Assembly: GCA_964187785.1 (NCBI GenBank)
Contig: OZ076409.1
Span: 22,260,001 to 22,324,000 of the forward strand
Reading direction: 5' to 3'
Origin: Amphiscolops sp. MND2022
Taxonomy: Eukaryota
Length of the DNA: 64,000 bases
Within the stretch, counting starts at the first letter, position 1, and the number at the start of each line of letters is the position of its first letter. This document shows positions 40,101 to 48,700 of this stretch, one piece after another. The notes under the pieces are model-generated. The model did not search any database, was not told where the DNA came from, and saw only the letters and a list, made by a program, of their open reading frames with translations. The position numbers and the translations under genes are program-made.

Positions 40101-41188
40101 GGCGGGGCATATTTTGTGGTTCCGTAGGTCAGAAAGAATACAGCCAATACCATGCAAGCTGCGACAAGTATGAAAAATATTGGACCATTTTTAGTAAGTG
40201 GATTCATTGAGTAGTACCAAAAAAGAAACGGCGCCGAGCAACTCTAAGAACTAAGCTGACTATGAAAATTCTAACAGCATTTGTTAATAACTTTTCTTCA
40301 CACGCGGTGAGGACTTACCAGTAATATTGTAATTGGAATAACAAATTGGAAACTAGCAGTGGTCGCACGTTTAGTTGCTTTGAGAGGCCAACACTTTCAA
40401 GAAGGAAGTTCATAATGAAACAACACGTTGAGCTGATCCGAAGTTTTGATAAGTGAAGCTTGACTTGATCGTTCGTTACAATTTTTATAAGTTACTAGCG
40501 ACTATTGATTACTGTTTTGATAATTTTTTTTATCTGACTTGGAGTACCATCAATCCGCTGGATCACTTCTAAAGGCTGTTATTAACGCAACTCATCCTGA
40601 TCGGAGGCAGATGCAAATGTTGTACCGTATACTCTGGCTACAATAGAGACTTTTGCTCTTAGTTCTAATATTCTAATATAAGAATAGACAAGATAATTAG
40701 ACCTGTGACGTGGACTTCGATTTAAAGTTTTTTAAACTTTACTCAAATTTGCGCCTTTGACGACATTCCCAAACTTGTTCTTCCATTCTTGATAACAATA
40801 TTCAGCTGTTCAGATGAAAAGTTAATTTTCAAAGTTAATTTTCATAGTTTTCATTACTATGACGAATTACTACAGTTTAAAAATCCAATTTGAATCTCTA
40901 ATGCATCGAGTTTTTTTCTCTGATTTTAGTTTGAGTGGCTCTATCTTAGTTTTCAGTATTCGAGAAACTCTATTCTGGAGTGAAAACGGAAATTTCGATA
41001 ATTGATCATTTCCATTCTTTGCCATTTCAGGAGCGTTCTTTCGAGTGGCAGGCGAAAAGATCTGCAAAAATTGTTGCAAGTGTGGCGCTTGTGGGGCTGA
41101 GATTACTGGCCAGTTCACTATGAAGAGTGACGGAACATTCCAGTGCCTGGACAAAAATTGTCTGGTCAAAGACCCTGCGGAAGAATAA
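9877..41188 (+). CDS. Multi-exon LIM-domain protein, four-and-a-half-LIM (FHL)-like architecture; 5' exon not located
   Basis: Exons 9877-10140, 21984-22204, 22724-22931, 32785-32966, 37660-37873, 41031-41188. All introns are GT-AG with matching phases (1,0,1,0,1). The join gives about 415 aa: half-LIM (CFEC...CKTC), a low-complexity linker, then four CxxC..HxxC..CxxC..CxxC LIM units. Confidence 0.85.
10222..10419 (-). repeat. 3' LTR of outer Gypsy element
   Basis: Direct repeat of 20005-20202 with TG...CA ends. Confidence 0.95.
10383..11274 (-). pseudogene. C-terminal extension of outer element Pol, separated by the nested insertion
   Basis: Removing 11275-15208 plus one TSD rejoins TITTPNGRIL|HRKMISKPI in frame; the stop lies inside the 3' LTR. 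Confidence 0.75.
11275..15208 (-). mobile_element. Nested Ty3/Gypsy (Mag-like) LTR retrotransposon with rearranged 5' region
   Basis: Identical 148-bp LTRs at 11275-11422 and 15061-15208; TSD GTAGG (11270-74 / 15209-13); purine tract AAGGGGTGAAGAC before the 3' LTR. Confidence 0.95.
11439..15038 (-). CDS. Gag-Pol polyprotein (partial Gag, 2 Zn knuckles, protease, RT, RNase H, integrase), 1199 aa
   Basis: CGWC..H..C and CRKC..GH..C knuckles; LLDTGS; FAYLDD; TDAS...DALSR; HHCC; DFVGP...SDRG...ERENG. Uninterrupted frame. Confidence 0.95.
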   Translation of the reverse strand: MTTLNTPVTPVRLVETISPYFSRIEYPNGRKDTVSTRDLAPAVEGRLRHKLRMRRQQPEETVEKYMCELKLQARKCPTPSLTAAQHRDLLLTDAFVSGVKSPEIRQRLLESPSSSLSDLLNIAITMETAMGDSCSLTQTQSSSFPDPTVAAAKSFQPSTGGCGWCGKSPRHDRRACPARTSTCRKCGKNGHWASVCRAVTGTSKNAAIQQTQQGRDSSGEAAEDTNSLAVILATARKDNSNIVPVHLDGIATRALLDTGSDVSYVHEALLTDNRRCFAASNPTNITLADSSIAKTLGVYKGSLHLNGEEYCTTFTVVSSLVAPIIIGLDVLSTHSSVNLTFSGPRPPVTFKMCYVQTMKCKPYDIVPNVDTSKLKPLVAPKRRFVRHPEFIKKEVARLLEEGVIQESQSPWRAQCFVINYDTKPRLVFDYSETINKYTPTDSYPIPNIEDLLQKVSKYKVFSHIDLKSAYHQIKLNAKDYPLTAFEAFGRLFEFTRLCFGLTNAVAIFQRNMDAFIDENELEDTFAYLDDVLIGGYDQEHHDRNLAAFLEAAKKCNMTLNMEKCKFSLREISFLGYRIADGTLKPDPARFKALMEYPLPTSVKQLERLLGFFAYYAKWIPNSSELIQQISSDRPHLLKLGQLSENSKLVIDELKKLLSKAVLASTTPDAPLVIETDASARALGGTLSQRGRPVAFFSRVLSRSEQNQSVVEREASAIVECCRRWRHLLHAVPEFEIITDQKVVSFLFDMNSRNKIKNEKVLRWRLELSEYKYKINYRPGPLNDVCDALSRSAAVRDLGRLHILHSQLCHPGIARLCHYVKSKNMPYSVDDVRTVTQSCKICPEIKPKFFKPPQGQLVHATRPWERLSIDFVGPLPTNTSNRFLLVVVDEYSRYPFAFPCSTISAKEVVKHIQSLFELFGSPSSVHSDRGTQFESQEFKQFLLRHNVVKSRTTPYRPQANGQCERENGTIIRALKLALATHGLSKESWEQVLPTVLASTRALLCTATNQTPHERFLSFPRASITGIDIPAYLTTPGSMIYVRRRDALKLDTPVTPVRLVETISPYFSRIEYPNGRVDTVSTRDLAPAVEGTSSISDKAPYDEPQSPDLPEPQTFVAQAPQETRGDDNINGHRVDHQVSDVNLGVGDDARIQAPQCPEDVHETGNSTEPLFGSKSRKWTDVDVGNIMQCQRQRIKKVAYDA
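15339..19098 (-). pseudogene. Disrupted pol of outer element (PR, RT, RNase H, integrase)
   Basis: IIDSGS; LDLDYAY...AWLDD; TDAST...TDH...DYLSR; HKGH..CIPC; LDFIGP, TDK, VER. In-frame stops at 18556 and 18328; frameshifts near 16740 and 15450. Confidence 0.9.
19099..19948 (-). pseudogene. Disrupted gag of outer element
   Basis: Gag-like ORF fragments (FTPERNVQHSRADFFDLKRE...CEF) with frameshifts near 19840-19730 and 19190, ahead of the CNRC/CMKC knuckles. Confidence 0.8.
19991..20004 (-). promoter_or_regulatory. Primer-binding site of outer element (possibly tRNA-Ser)
   Basis: TGGCGCAGTC directly after the 5' LTR, complementary to a tRNA 3' end ...GACUGCGCCA. The tRNA identity is inferred. 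Confidence 0.7.
20005..20202 (-). repeat. 5' LTR of outer Gypsy element
   Basis: Direct repeat of 10222-10419, followed by TSD CAAGT. Confidence 0.95.
20788..21555. repeat. Tandem repeat, 153-bp unit x5
   Basis: AAACGACTTGTTT recurs at 20791, 20944, 21097, 21250 and 21403. Confidence 0.95.
21984..22204 (+). CDS. LIM gene exon (Ser/Lys linker, start of LIM1)
   Basis: TTTTCTAG acceptor; VNLQIDES...GACFICNQ; GT at 22205. Confidence 0.75.
22724..22931 (+). CDS. LIM gene exon
   Basis: EIDGTYYTCGELKYHEKCITCHEC...FCPDC...KCHKC; not in the ORF track; AG/GT bounded. Confidence 0.85.
23094..25540. repeat. Satellite, 175-bp unit x~14 with alternating variants
   Basis: GCGTGCCACAAATAGTAAT...GACAGACCCG repeats every 175-177 bp. 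Confidence 0.95.
26722..27716 (+). mobile_element. Helentron-type element family A copy (possibly composite)
   Basis: TTTTTAGTCGACGC ... GGCGCCGTCTTGGGCCGGTCCCGGCTTGTT; internal AAGGGTCCCC repeats. Confidence 0.5.
28017..28245 (+). mobile_element. Helentron-type element family B copy carrying a tRNA/SINE-head-like segment
   Basis: Family B termini; interior TGACCCAGTTGG (A-box-like) and GGTTCGAA x2 (B-box-like). Confidence 0.55.
28419..29073 (+). mobile_element. Helentron-type element family C with ~170-bp internal tandem repeat x3
   Basis: TTTTTAGGAGTCGG ... CCGACTCCT, hairpin CCGCACATGCGG, end CTTGTT. Confidence 0.6.
29079..30710. mobile_element. CCCTAG-terminated MITE-like element (second copy) with nested family A element
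   Basis: CCCTAGTT...AACTAGGG; shares its interior with 3271-4299; ~30-bp GATTTTAGACGTTATTCC repeats. Confidence 0.65.
29656..30155 (+). mobile_element. Helentron-type element family A copy
   Basis: TTTTTAGTCGGCG ... GCGCCGACTTT-AGACG-TTCC-CGTCT-TGTT; inserted in a T-run of the host repeat with no TSD visible. Confidence 0.65.
32276..32658 (-). mobile_element. Helentron-type element family A copy
   Basis: AACAAGCCGGGAACGGCCCAAGTCGGCGCC ... ACGCTGACTAAAA. Confidence 0.6.
32785..32966 (+). CDS. LIM gene exon
   Basis: HFHAKCLVCGHC...TCAKC...TCHKCKE; donor GTAAGC. Confidence 0.85.
32978..33750. mobile_element. Foldback/MITE with CCATGA / TCATGG repeat arms
   Basis: CCC...GGG ends with inverted ATTCATCCATGAT / ATCATGGATGAAT arms. 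Confidence 0.45.
34090..34535. repeat. Foldback with GCTACT / AGTAGC minisatellite arms
   Basis: TTGCTACT-type repeats at 34118-34200, inverted AGTAGCAA repeats at 34378-34530. Confidence 0.45.
36045..36460 (+). mobile_element. Helentron-type element family B copy
   Basis: ATTTTCCGCC...GAGGAAAATCATGATCTG; end GGCGGAAAATATCCCGGTGCATAGCGAGCGTCTTGTT. Confidence 0.6.
37660..37873 (+). CDS. LIM gene exon
   Basis: FFHDKCFICIFC...YCKPCY...KCTRC; donor GTAAGT. Confidence 0.85.
39317..40207 (-). CDS. HS3ST: Heparan sulfate glucosamine 3-O-sulfotransferase-like protein (292-300 aa class, 296 aa), intronless
   Basis: N-terminal TM anchor; 5'-PSB VVGSQKCGTTAL; EQHFF; IEKTPNYF; 3'-PB IVREPLRRSIS; KGYYC..CF..NRG C-terminal motif. 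Confidence 0.88.
   Translation of the reverse strand: MNPLTKNGPIFFILVAACMVLAVFFLTYGTTKYAPPTPRAKMSHYPTVIVVGSQKCGTTALMKFISYHPNVAACLKEQHFFNAADYKPIYWAYLKGMPASYEDQITIEKTPNYFTDPASPQRILDYQKFLGKKLKFILIVREPLRRSISNVYHSERHGRLQVNNLTDILLKNDNTFVDWSMYGKHFQHWLQFFPREQFLVLDGEKMVTRNPTYTISKVESFLNLPHKLKAEDFVLNDDKGYYCYRPADFCFPSNRGHASYPQEVSEEGKRILRINFSQDLNTFFRIIGERFDWETF
41031..41188 (+). CDS. LIM gene terminal exon
   Basis: TTTCAG acceptor; AFFRVAGEKICKNCCKCGAC...QCLDKNC...EE, stop TAA at 41186-88. Confidence 0.8.
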
Positions 41189-43254
41189 TCACTTGCTAAT
41201 GACAAAAAAAGATAGAATTGTTCGAGTATTGAAAAAAATTGGCCTGCTGGCTTAGATTGAGAAAAATTTTATAGAAATATATTTTCACAGTCAAGCTATT
41301 AATTTGAGAAACTGTAAATGTTTCCAACGTTGTAGATTAGCAACGGAGCTTCATTGGTTGAATTGCTATAAAAATCATTTTAATTCCAAATAAATTCTAT
41401 TCTAGTCAAAAGTCTATTTCTGTTCAACATAGTCCTCTTCAGGGCTCATTAATTTTCTTACAAATGCAAGAGTAGAAAAATTACAATCTATATGTATCAT
41501 TTCTAACTAATGTTCTTGGGGAAAATATAGTTTTATTAAAATTTGGAGACGTAAACATTCAAAATTTTCTAGACTGCACCATACATGCTTTTTTTCACGA
41601 ATTTATTGGGCGACTATGGATGCTGAATTGACTTTACCCTAACTTCTGTAAACTATTGGCATTTACAGCTCGTTTCTTTCATTTGCCAATAAGTCGCAAT
41701 AATACCAAAAACTTATTGCAAATCACGGAAAAAATAGCAATTTTCAGAGCCAATCAAGTACTGTATCCCCAATGAACGAGGTGAGAGCCAGCTTTACGAT
41801 GGCTTCCTTATTAAGAGCAATAAGTTGAAGAAACTCAATTTAGAAAGTTTTTGGCTTAGTCAAGCAAATCCGACAACAAACCCGAAAACATTTATGATAC
41901 CGAACTTCAAACTTCCACGGCGGATCATGTTCCCATTTATCACACTGTAAGGCCTTTTTTAAATTTCGGAAGAAAATCGTTCCCCCTTGGCAACGCAGCT
42001 TTGCAGTTCCAGGATTCGCAACCCGTGGTTGTTATTTCTTGCACTAATCACGCATCAGAATCCAAATGATTTTTCACCATGGAACTACCGGACAACTCTC
42101 GAGCCATTTGTGCTCATATTTAGTTACATCCTATCCTTCAAGATTTCAAACAATCAATCCAACATCTTCGGATTTCCTAAATACTGAATATTACGGTATT
42201 TTTTGATGCATCGAGCAAACGCATTGGAAAATATTTGTGAAGATTTGACGACGGAAAAATTTTCCAATTTCGAGAACGGAGTTTTGTTTTCCGTCAGGAA
42301 TCGTTTACCTAACATGGAGCAAGTGGGTTGTTGTCTCCATAATACCTAATGTGTTTACCTTAAAATTCAAAACCTCGTCTTGGTAACCCTGTATAACAAC
42401 CCTAAAACTTTCCAAAAGACTGTTCAAAAACGTTTTGCACTTCCATATTTACTCCCAAGTTCCGTCTTTTAGCGTTTTCAAACTTTACCGTCGTCTTTTT
42501 AAATTCCACGTCTTGCATTTTTTTGATCTTTGATCCGAAAGTCAGAAACTTTTCATATGTGGAAAACCAACGGATATAGCAAACACCTGGCGCAATTTGA
42601 AATTTCCAACAGAGGACAATGCCAAGTACAACAAGCTGGAAATGCAATTGAAAAAACCAACTCGGAAAAACAGCATTTTTACGGGTGTGCTATTGGCCCT
42701 CAGAATTCAGGAAAAGAGTCAACAATTAAGTTTTGAAATATTCAATAAGGTGAACATCCACACCACAGCGCCGAAGATACATAGAGTACAGAGAGTGTAA
42801 CATGTAAAGTGAACCATTGAAAGAAGCTTTGGAATGAAACTTCATCAGTGTTTCTTTTTATTGGATGGAGATAAGTCTGCTTTGTTGATCAACTTCATAA
42901 TTGTCTCAGTACACAGTTTATTACCTGCAATCGTCCGTGAAGTTGATTTTTGTTCGGCTCGTTTAGTTTTAGTAATGTATTATTTCTGTACAATTGAGAT
43001 TTCGTTGACTTTTTTGTTGCGGTTTTATCACCATTCGGCATTGATATCGGTCGGCGTCAACCCCTTATTATCAACATGTTTGTTGTACCGTTAACTCATT
43101 CGATTGAGTAACATCGAAATGAAAAATCAATGATGACGGTAATAATGTTTGCAGTCACATAAACTTGACAAGTGAGCGAGTTGTCGTGAACTTTGAGAAA
43201 ACAATTGATTGCTTTACAGTTAAGATAATTACATTTTTCCTCCATGGTGGAAAA

Positions 43255-43500
43255 AACAAGCTGGAAACGGCACTAGTTGGCGCCCGCCCCGCCTGAGGCT
43301 CAAGAAAGCAAGAGTACTTCAAAGCGTTAGGGATTCTCTTTTGAATAATTTCTCAATTTCACAGTATCGAAAATACCTACAGGGGGACCTTTTGGGTTCG
43401 AAACCGCTGTTTAAATCAAAAAATAAAAAAAAACTAAAAGGCGTTTTCATAGAACGTTTTCGAAAAAAAGGTCCCACAGTTCCGGAAACAACCTATTAGA
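43255..43500 (-). mobile_element. Degenerate/partial family A Helentron-type element
   Basis: AACAAGCTGGAAACGGCACTAGTTGGCGCC...GAGGCTCAAGAAAGC and GGGGACCTTTTGG. Confidence 0.4.
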
Positions 43501-44851
43501 ATCCAAAAAAATTGTACAATCCGAATACGTGTGTGAAAATAGGAATGGGCAAACCCTTCCTACTACTTTGCCAAATTATTGAACTTTTGTAGGTTTTTGA
43601 ATTTTGACATTCATGAAAACGTTTACTTCGACCGGATAAAAAGATACACGACGGAAAACCACTATAATAGTCACGTTTTATTTCATACAGCGCCGTCTAC
43701 TAATGTCAAGTTTAACGTTTTAGTGTGTACTCATAAAGCAAAAGTTCTCCCTGAAACAAATTCGCTTTCGCAACAACTGGTATTTTTGAACAAGAAAAAG
43801 AAAAAGGTTATGAGTGCTCAGAATTATGATGCCAATCAAAATGTTCGAATGGGAGTTGAATCTTATTAGCGATATTTTCATAATGTACCTTTTACTGGCA
43901 AAATGTAATTTAGAAATGAATCCGATTTGCATAGCAAGACGCCCAGTTATCACCGAGAAGCTTTCAGACCACTCGTAGAACGTGTTTATTAAATGTGTAG
44001 ATAAGCTATATGATGTTTTGCTGATGCATACGTGTTGATACTCTTCAGCAGGTTTTTCACAAGAAAGCTATAAATTTGACCATCGAAAAGTCGGCATCTT
44101 TCGAACATTGTCCACTGAAGATCTTCCTTAAAATTTCAAATAGCCAAAATTTATGCAGAGAACAGACGCAGGTTCAATGTGCAGGTACGAAGTTGTCTCA
44201 TGCAACAATAAAAATAACGGAGAGAAGAGGATTTTAGCTCAACCCTTCCCCCCGACAGTCGGCGTACCTAATTATTTAGGCAGCCAAAGTTGAAAAGGAC
44301 CAAATTCATAACTTGTTGTACCACACTGAAAACATCTATTCTTAGTAAATGGATTGTTAACCTTAGAAGTTTAACAATCTAGAATTTAGTCTCCAAAAGT
44401 ATCCAATATTCAGCCTTCTGCTTCTAGTTTGACTCAGTTTTTAGTTGGAATCAATCCTCCATCTAACCTGTGCGTTAGATTGAAGATTGAATTCAACTGT
44501 TTCATCAATTCATTCCTCTGCGCTGACACCTTATAAGCTCTGCGGTAACTTCTTTGAAACTCATTTGAAAGTTCAAAATCTATTTCGGGTCCAAGAAAAC
44601 ACTGAGAATTAGTTCGGCTTGTAATGATTGTTAAGCTGATAGCACAACATCTAGAAGCCGCATTCTTTGAAAGAGTGGGTTTATGCCAATTGTGTGAACT
44701 GACTTTACGGAATTTTAATAAGAGGCCGTAATTTAATAGTAAACAAGAGGAGAACAGTTCAAAGTCAGCGCAAACGAATGAGCAAAAGTTTCATTCCTGT
44801 CGCACTATCTGTTTCGTCGCAGTCGTGTCTGCCTTTTAATTTAAAAAAGAA

Positions 44852-45435
44852 CCCAGCGATCGAAGACATGGTATGCTTGCCAAGAACCATGGTAAATCGC
44901 TAGCTAGCCTTGCCAAGATCTTACTAAGATCTTGTCAAGGATACGATGATTATGCAAGATCGTGCCAAGCGTACCATGTTTTACCATGATCTTGGCAAGG
45001 ATGCCAAGATTAACCATGTTCTTGACAAGGGTTCCATGGTAGCAAATCCGTTTTTTTGGTAACTCTTATGTTTTATATCTATTTATTTTTATTGCACTAG
45101 TTTCTGTTGCATTCTAGAACTTCAGTAATTTCAACAAGTTACCTCAATAGGTGAGGTATTACCAAGATTAACAAATCATAGCTAGAAAAGTTGGTTTTCA
45201 CACCGATACCGCAAACCCGCAAGTTGTAATAACTTGATTCGAGGTTTGCTTTGTATGATAATATATGATACCATGATCTTTGATTACCATGATCTTGCCA
45301 TGATCTTACCATGATCTTGATAAGCGTTCCATGTATCATGATTAGCCATGATCTTGACAAGGGTACCATGGTTAACCATGATTTAGCAAGATTAACCATG
45401 ATCTTGGCAAGCGTAACGTGTCTTCAATCGCTGGG
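44852..45435. mobile_element. MITE/foldback (CCCAGCGAT TIR, CAAGATC/CCATG repeats)
   Basis: CCCAGCGATCGAAGACA...TGCTTGCCAAGA versus TCTTGGCAAGCG...TGTCTTCAATCGCTGGG. Confidence 0.7.
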
Positions 45436-45724
45436 AAGTGACTGTAATAGTCTGGCGATTTTAATTGATTAAAAACAGTGAACTAACTCCTCATCACTTC
45501 AAGTAATCTCGCTGATTTTTCAATCTAATTATTGATGGTAATCAGAATATTTCTCATTACTCTTCAAAATTCTGGGGGAAGTTAAAGATAAGTTTCATTT
45601 GACAAAAATTAATGCTAGCAATTTTTGGAAAACCGTTTTGAAACAAAACCACCAACTCATGTTTGTTGTCAATGAACTTTTAAAGCATAAATTGTTATAA
45701 AAATTTTCGAAAAAGTGAAATGAC

Positions 45725-48700
45725 TCAATTGTCATTTGAATGGCCCATCATTTGGTTGAGTTTATCCTCAGTGTTTGTCAGCCTCTGCTCGATTATCGCC
45801 ACCGTTTGGGTCAAAATGTCCATCTGGTTTGTGATTATCTCCAGTTTTTCTAGCATCCTTAACTCGTAATCTTTCTGTGAGTCATGACGGTCCACGTTCC
45901 GGGACTCAGCGTCGCCTAGAGGAGCGAAGCGATCATTGGTTAGAGTGTCAACACTGGTGTCGCCATGAGAGCTAATTTCATGCGAGTTCAGGTTCATTCC
46001 AAAAATGGGTTTGTTCAGTGTTGAAGATGCTTCAAATTGAGGTTGAATTGGCTGGAAAGAGTTGCTCGCTTCAGAGGCATTAGGAGTGAACGGTTCTGAA
46101 AACATCAATTTTTCTCAGTTGCCGTATATTGGTATACTGCAATTGGCGTTTTCAAACATGATTATGAAAAACACTTCATAAAACATGAATATAAGATATT
46201 AATTGCTACACTCAATGAAAAATCAACAATGAAATGTGGAAAATACATATAATTATAATGACTTTTGATTTGTTTTTTTTGTGGAATTGGTATCTGAAAC
46301 TAACCAATGTTCTCTAGATCCGAGTGAATAGACTTGGCAATTTCAGTGGCTTGTGTTTTAGAGGGTTGTCGCTTCTTGCTTGTTTTGGGTCTAATTCTAG
46401 TCTTGCGAGAGCTGTTGTCGAAAATCTCAGATGACTCATCAAATGGTTCTGCGAAGTTGGTGTTCCACACCAGAATCTGCTGGTCAGCCCCTGCAGATGC
46501 GAACTGGTCTCCCGAGTGACTGAAGGCCACTGCCATCGCTGCGTGGGGCTGATGGCCATGCAAGGTGTAGATCAATCTAAATTTACAGGGTATCAGCAGG
46601 GCACTAGAAGTACTCAGATTACATTCAAGCCCCCAAAAGGCACCAATGCACCCATGAATGGTCTCTTAGAAACTATTGATTCTTCGTCGAGCGGACAAGT
46701 CAAGATTTCAGTACGCTCAATAAAAAGTGCTGTAGTTCCATTTTGTCGAATTAAGTGACCTGGTGATGTCAAGTACAAATTGTATATACAGAAGCAGTAC
46801 GAGAACGGACAAAAAAGGGGCTTATCAACCGGTTGGCAGTCCTCGTTCTGAGAGCCAAAATAATTCAGCAACTGATAAGCTTGCTAACGCAGAATCTTCA
46901 AGTGAAAAAAAAAGGTTTCAATCTGAAGCAATTTTTTCATTCAAGAATCTTGAGTAAAGCTTGTTTGTTTCTCATGTGGTTTTTTATTCGACTAAGTTAT
47001 GTATGTCTTGATTGTAGTTCTCAATGTCCTCCGGTATCAAGTTTGTTCCTTTCCACCAATTATACTTATTAAGAACCAATATCATTCAAAACAGTTGCTC
47101 CAAAATTTTTCTGCAGTATGTTAGAAATTAGACTTTTTTGTTCCAGTGTGCTTCGTTTTTAGTGAAAAGCAACTTGACAACTTACTTCACCAATATCGTA
47201 AACAGTAAACAAGTGTTTTTAGATGAAACTTGTTGAAGCAAACCACTCTGCTTTTTCAGGTGATCAATTATTTAGCATGAAATGTGAAACACAAAAACAA
47301 CTTTTGGGGTAACTGAATCTGATTTTGTAGCCTTTGTGCAGTTGTTGTGACGAGATTAACACATTTAAACACAATTTCAAGTCTAAAATCTAATTCAACG
47401 AAACACCCAAATATTTTTTGGGAACACTTCTGCTGTCAATTTCAATTTACATGAAAGTTTAGCATTCCGGAAATTGATTGGATTCTCGTTAACTAGCTCA
47501 TATTAAACCACTTTTGAGATTGTTGTTTTTTATGACAACTATCGTATAATCCTTGACATTTCTACCAAGATTGTTATAAAGTAAAAAAGTCTTTGTATGT
47601 GGCGCCCTGAATCTTCAGACTTACCAAGACCATTGAAGACAGTTATGATTTCAGATAGTAGCTGATGCTCTTCCGTTTCCCAATGTCAAACCATTGCAAA
47701 ACCATTTACAAAGAGTCCATTGGATCGTTCAGCACTTTGATAAGTTACCCGGGTTGACCCTCTTACTAGCATCTTGGCTGTCTTGGCAAGATCTTGCCAA
47801 ATTCTTACTACATTTTGGCAACCATGGATCCCATGGCAAGATTCTGGTTAAGATCTTACTAAGATAATACTTATTCCAAGATCGTACCTTATCACGATGG
47901 ACAAATTTTTAAGATTATAAAAAAACACTATACCTTCGGTACAAGCAGCCGAGACTCAATCTAAAGGCTCATTTCACCCAACAACGACTATTTCTACTCG
48001 TTTTCATAATCAAAATGCTTAAACCTGCATGCAAAAATGCGTGAAAAATTGCGATAACGTAGTCTGGCTTCCAAATTTTTGACGAGAATCCTAATAACTG
48101 TTCACCTGTTTAGGACCGAGAAATGCGAATGTACCAAATGAAAGGTCATTTCAAGGGCTTTCCAAAACTTGTAACTTATCACTCCTGTCGATTCCAGAGG
48201 CGGAGAAATATGCTCTCAAACGTCCAGACCCACTATCGAAAAGTTACAAAGGAAAGACTTTAAAATCCTGAAATTTTTGTAATAATCATATTTCCAGCTT
48301 TCTTTGAGCCTGTTTCAGCAGCCTTATTACTGCTAGAAACGGCGGTCATTGCTCAAATTTGGGTAATGATTCAGCTCAAGCCTTTTCTGACGCCGTTGTT
48401 GGCGACAGTTTTGAAATTGAAAGAACAATCTCGATGACCATATATATACTTGCCATATTGGGCTTCTTAGTAAGATTTTTCTTGCCATATTGGGCTTCTT
48501 AGTAAGATTTTTCTTGCCATATTGGGCTTCTTAGTAAAATTTTTCTTGCCATATTGGGCTTCTTAGTAAGATTTTTCTTGGAAGCCTGGCTCTCTTGATA
48601 AGATCTTACCATGGCATCTTGCAATTCTTGGCAATATCTTGTCACGATCTTAGCTAAGATTTTTCCAAGAGGGTCGACCCGGGTAGTTAGTTTTTCAGAA

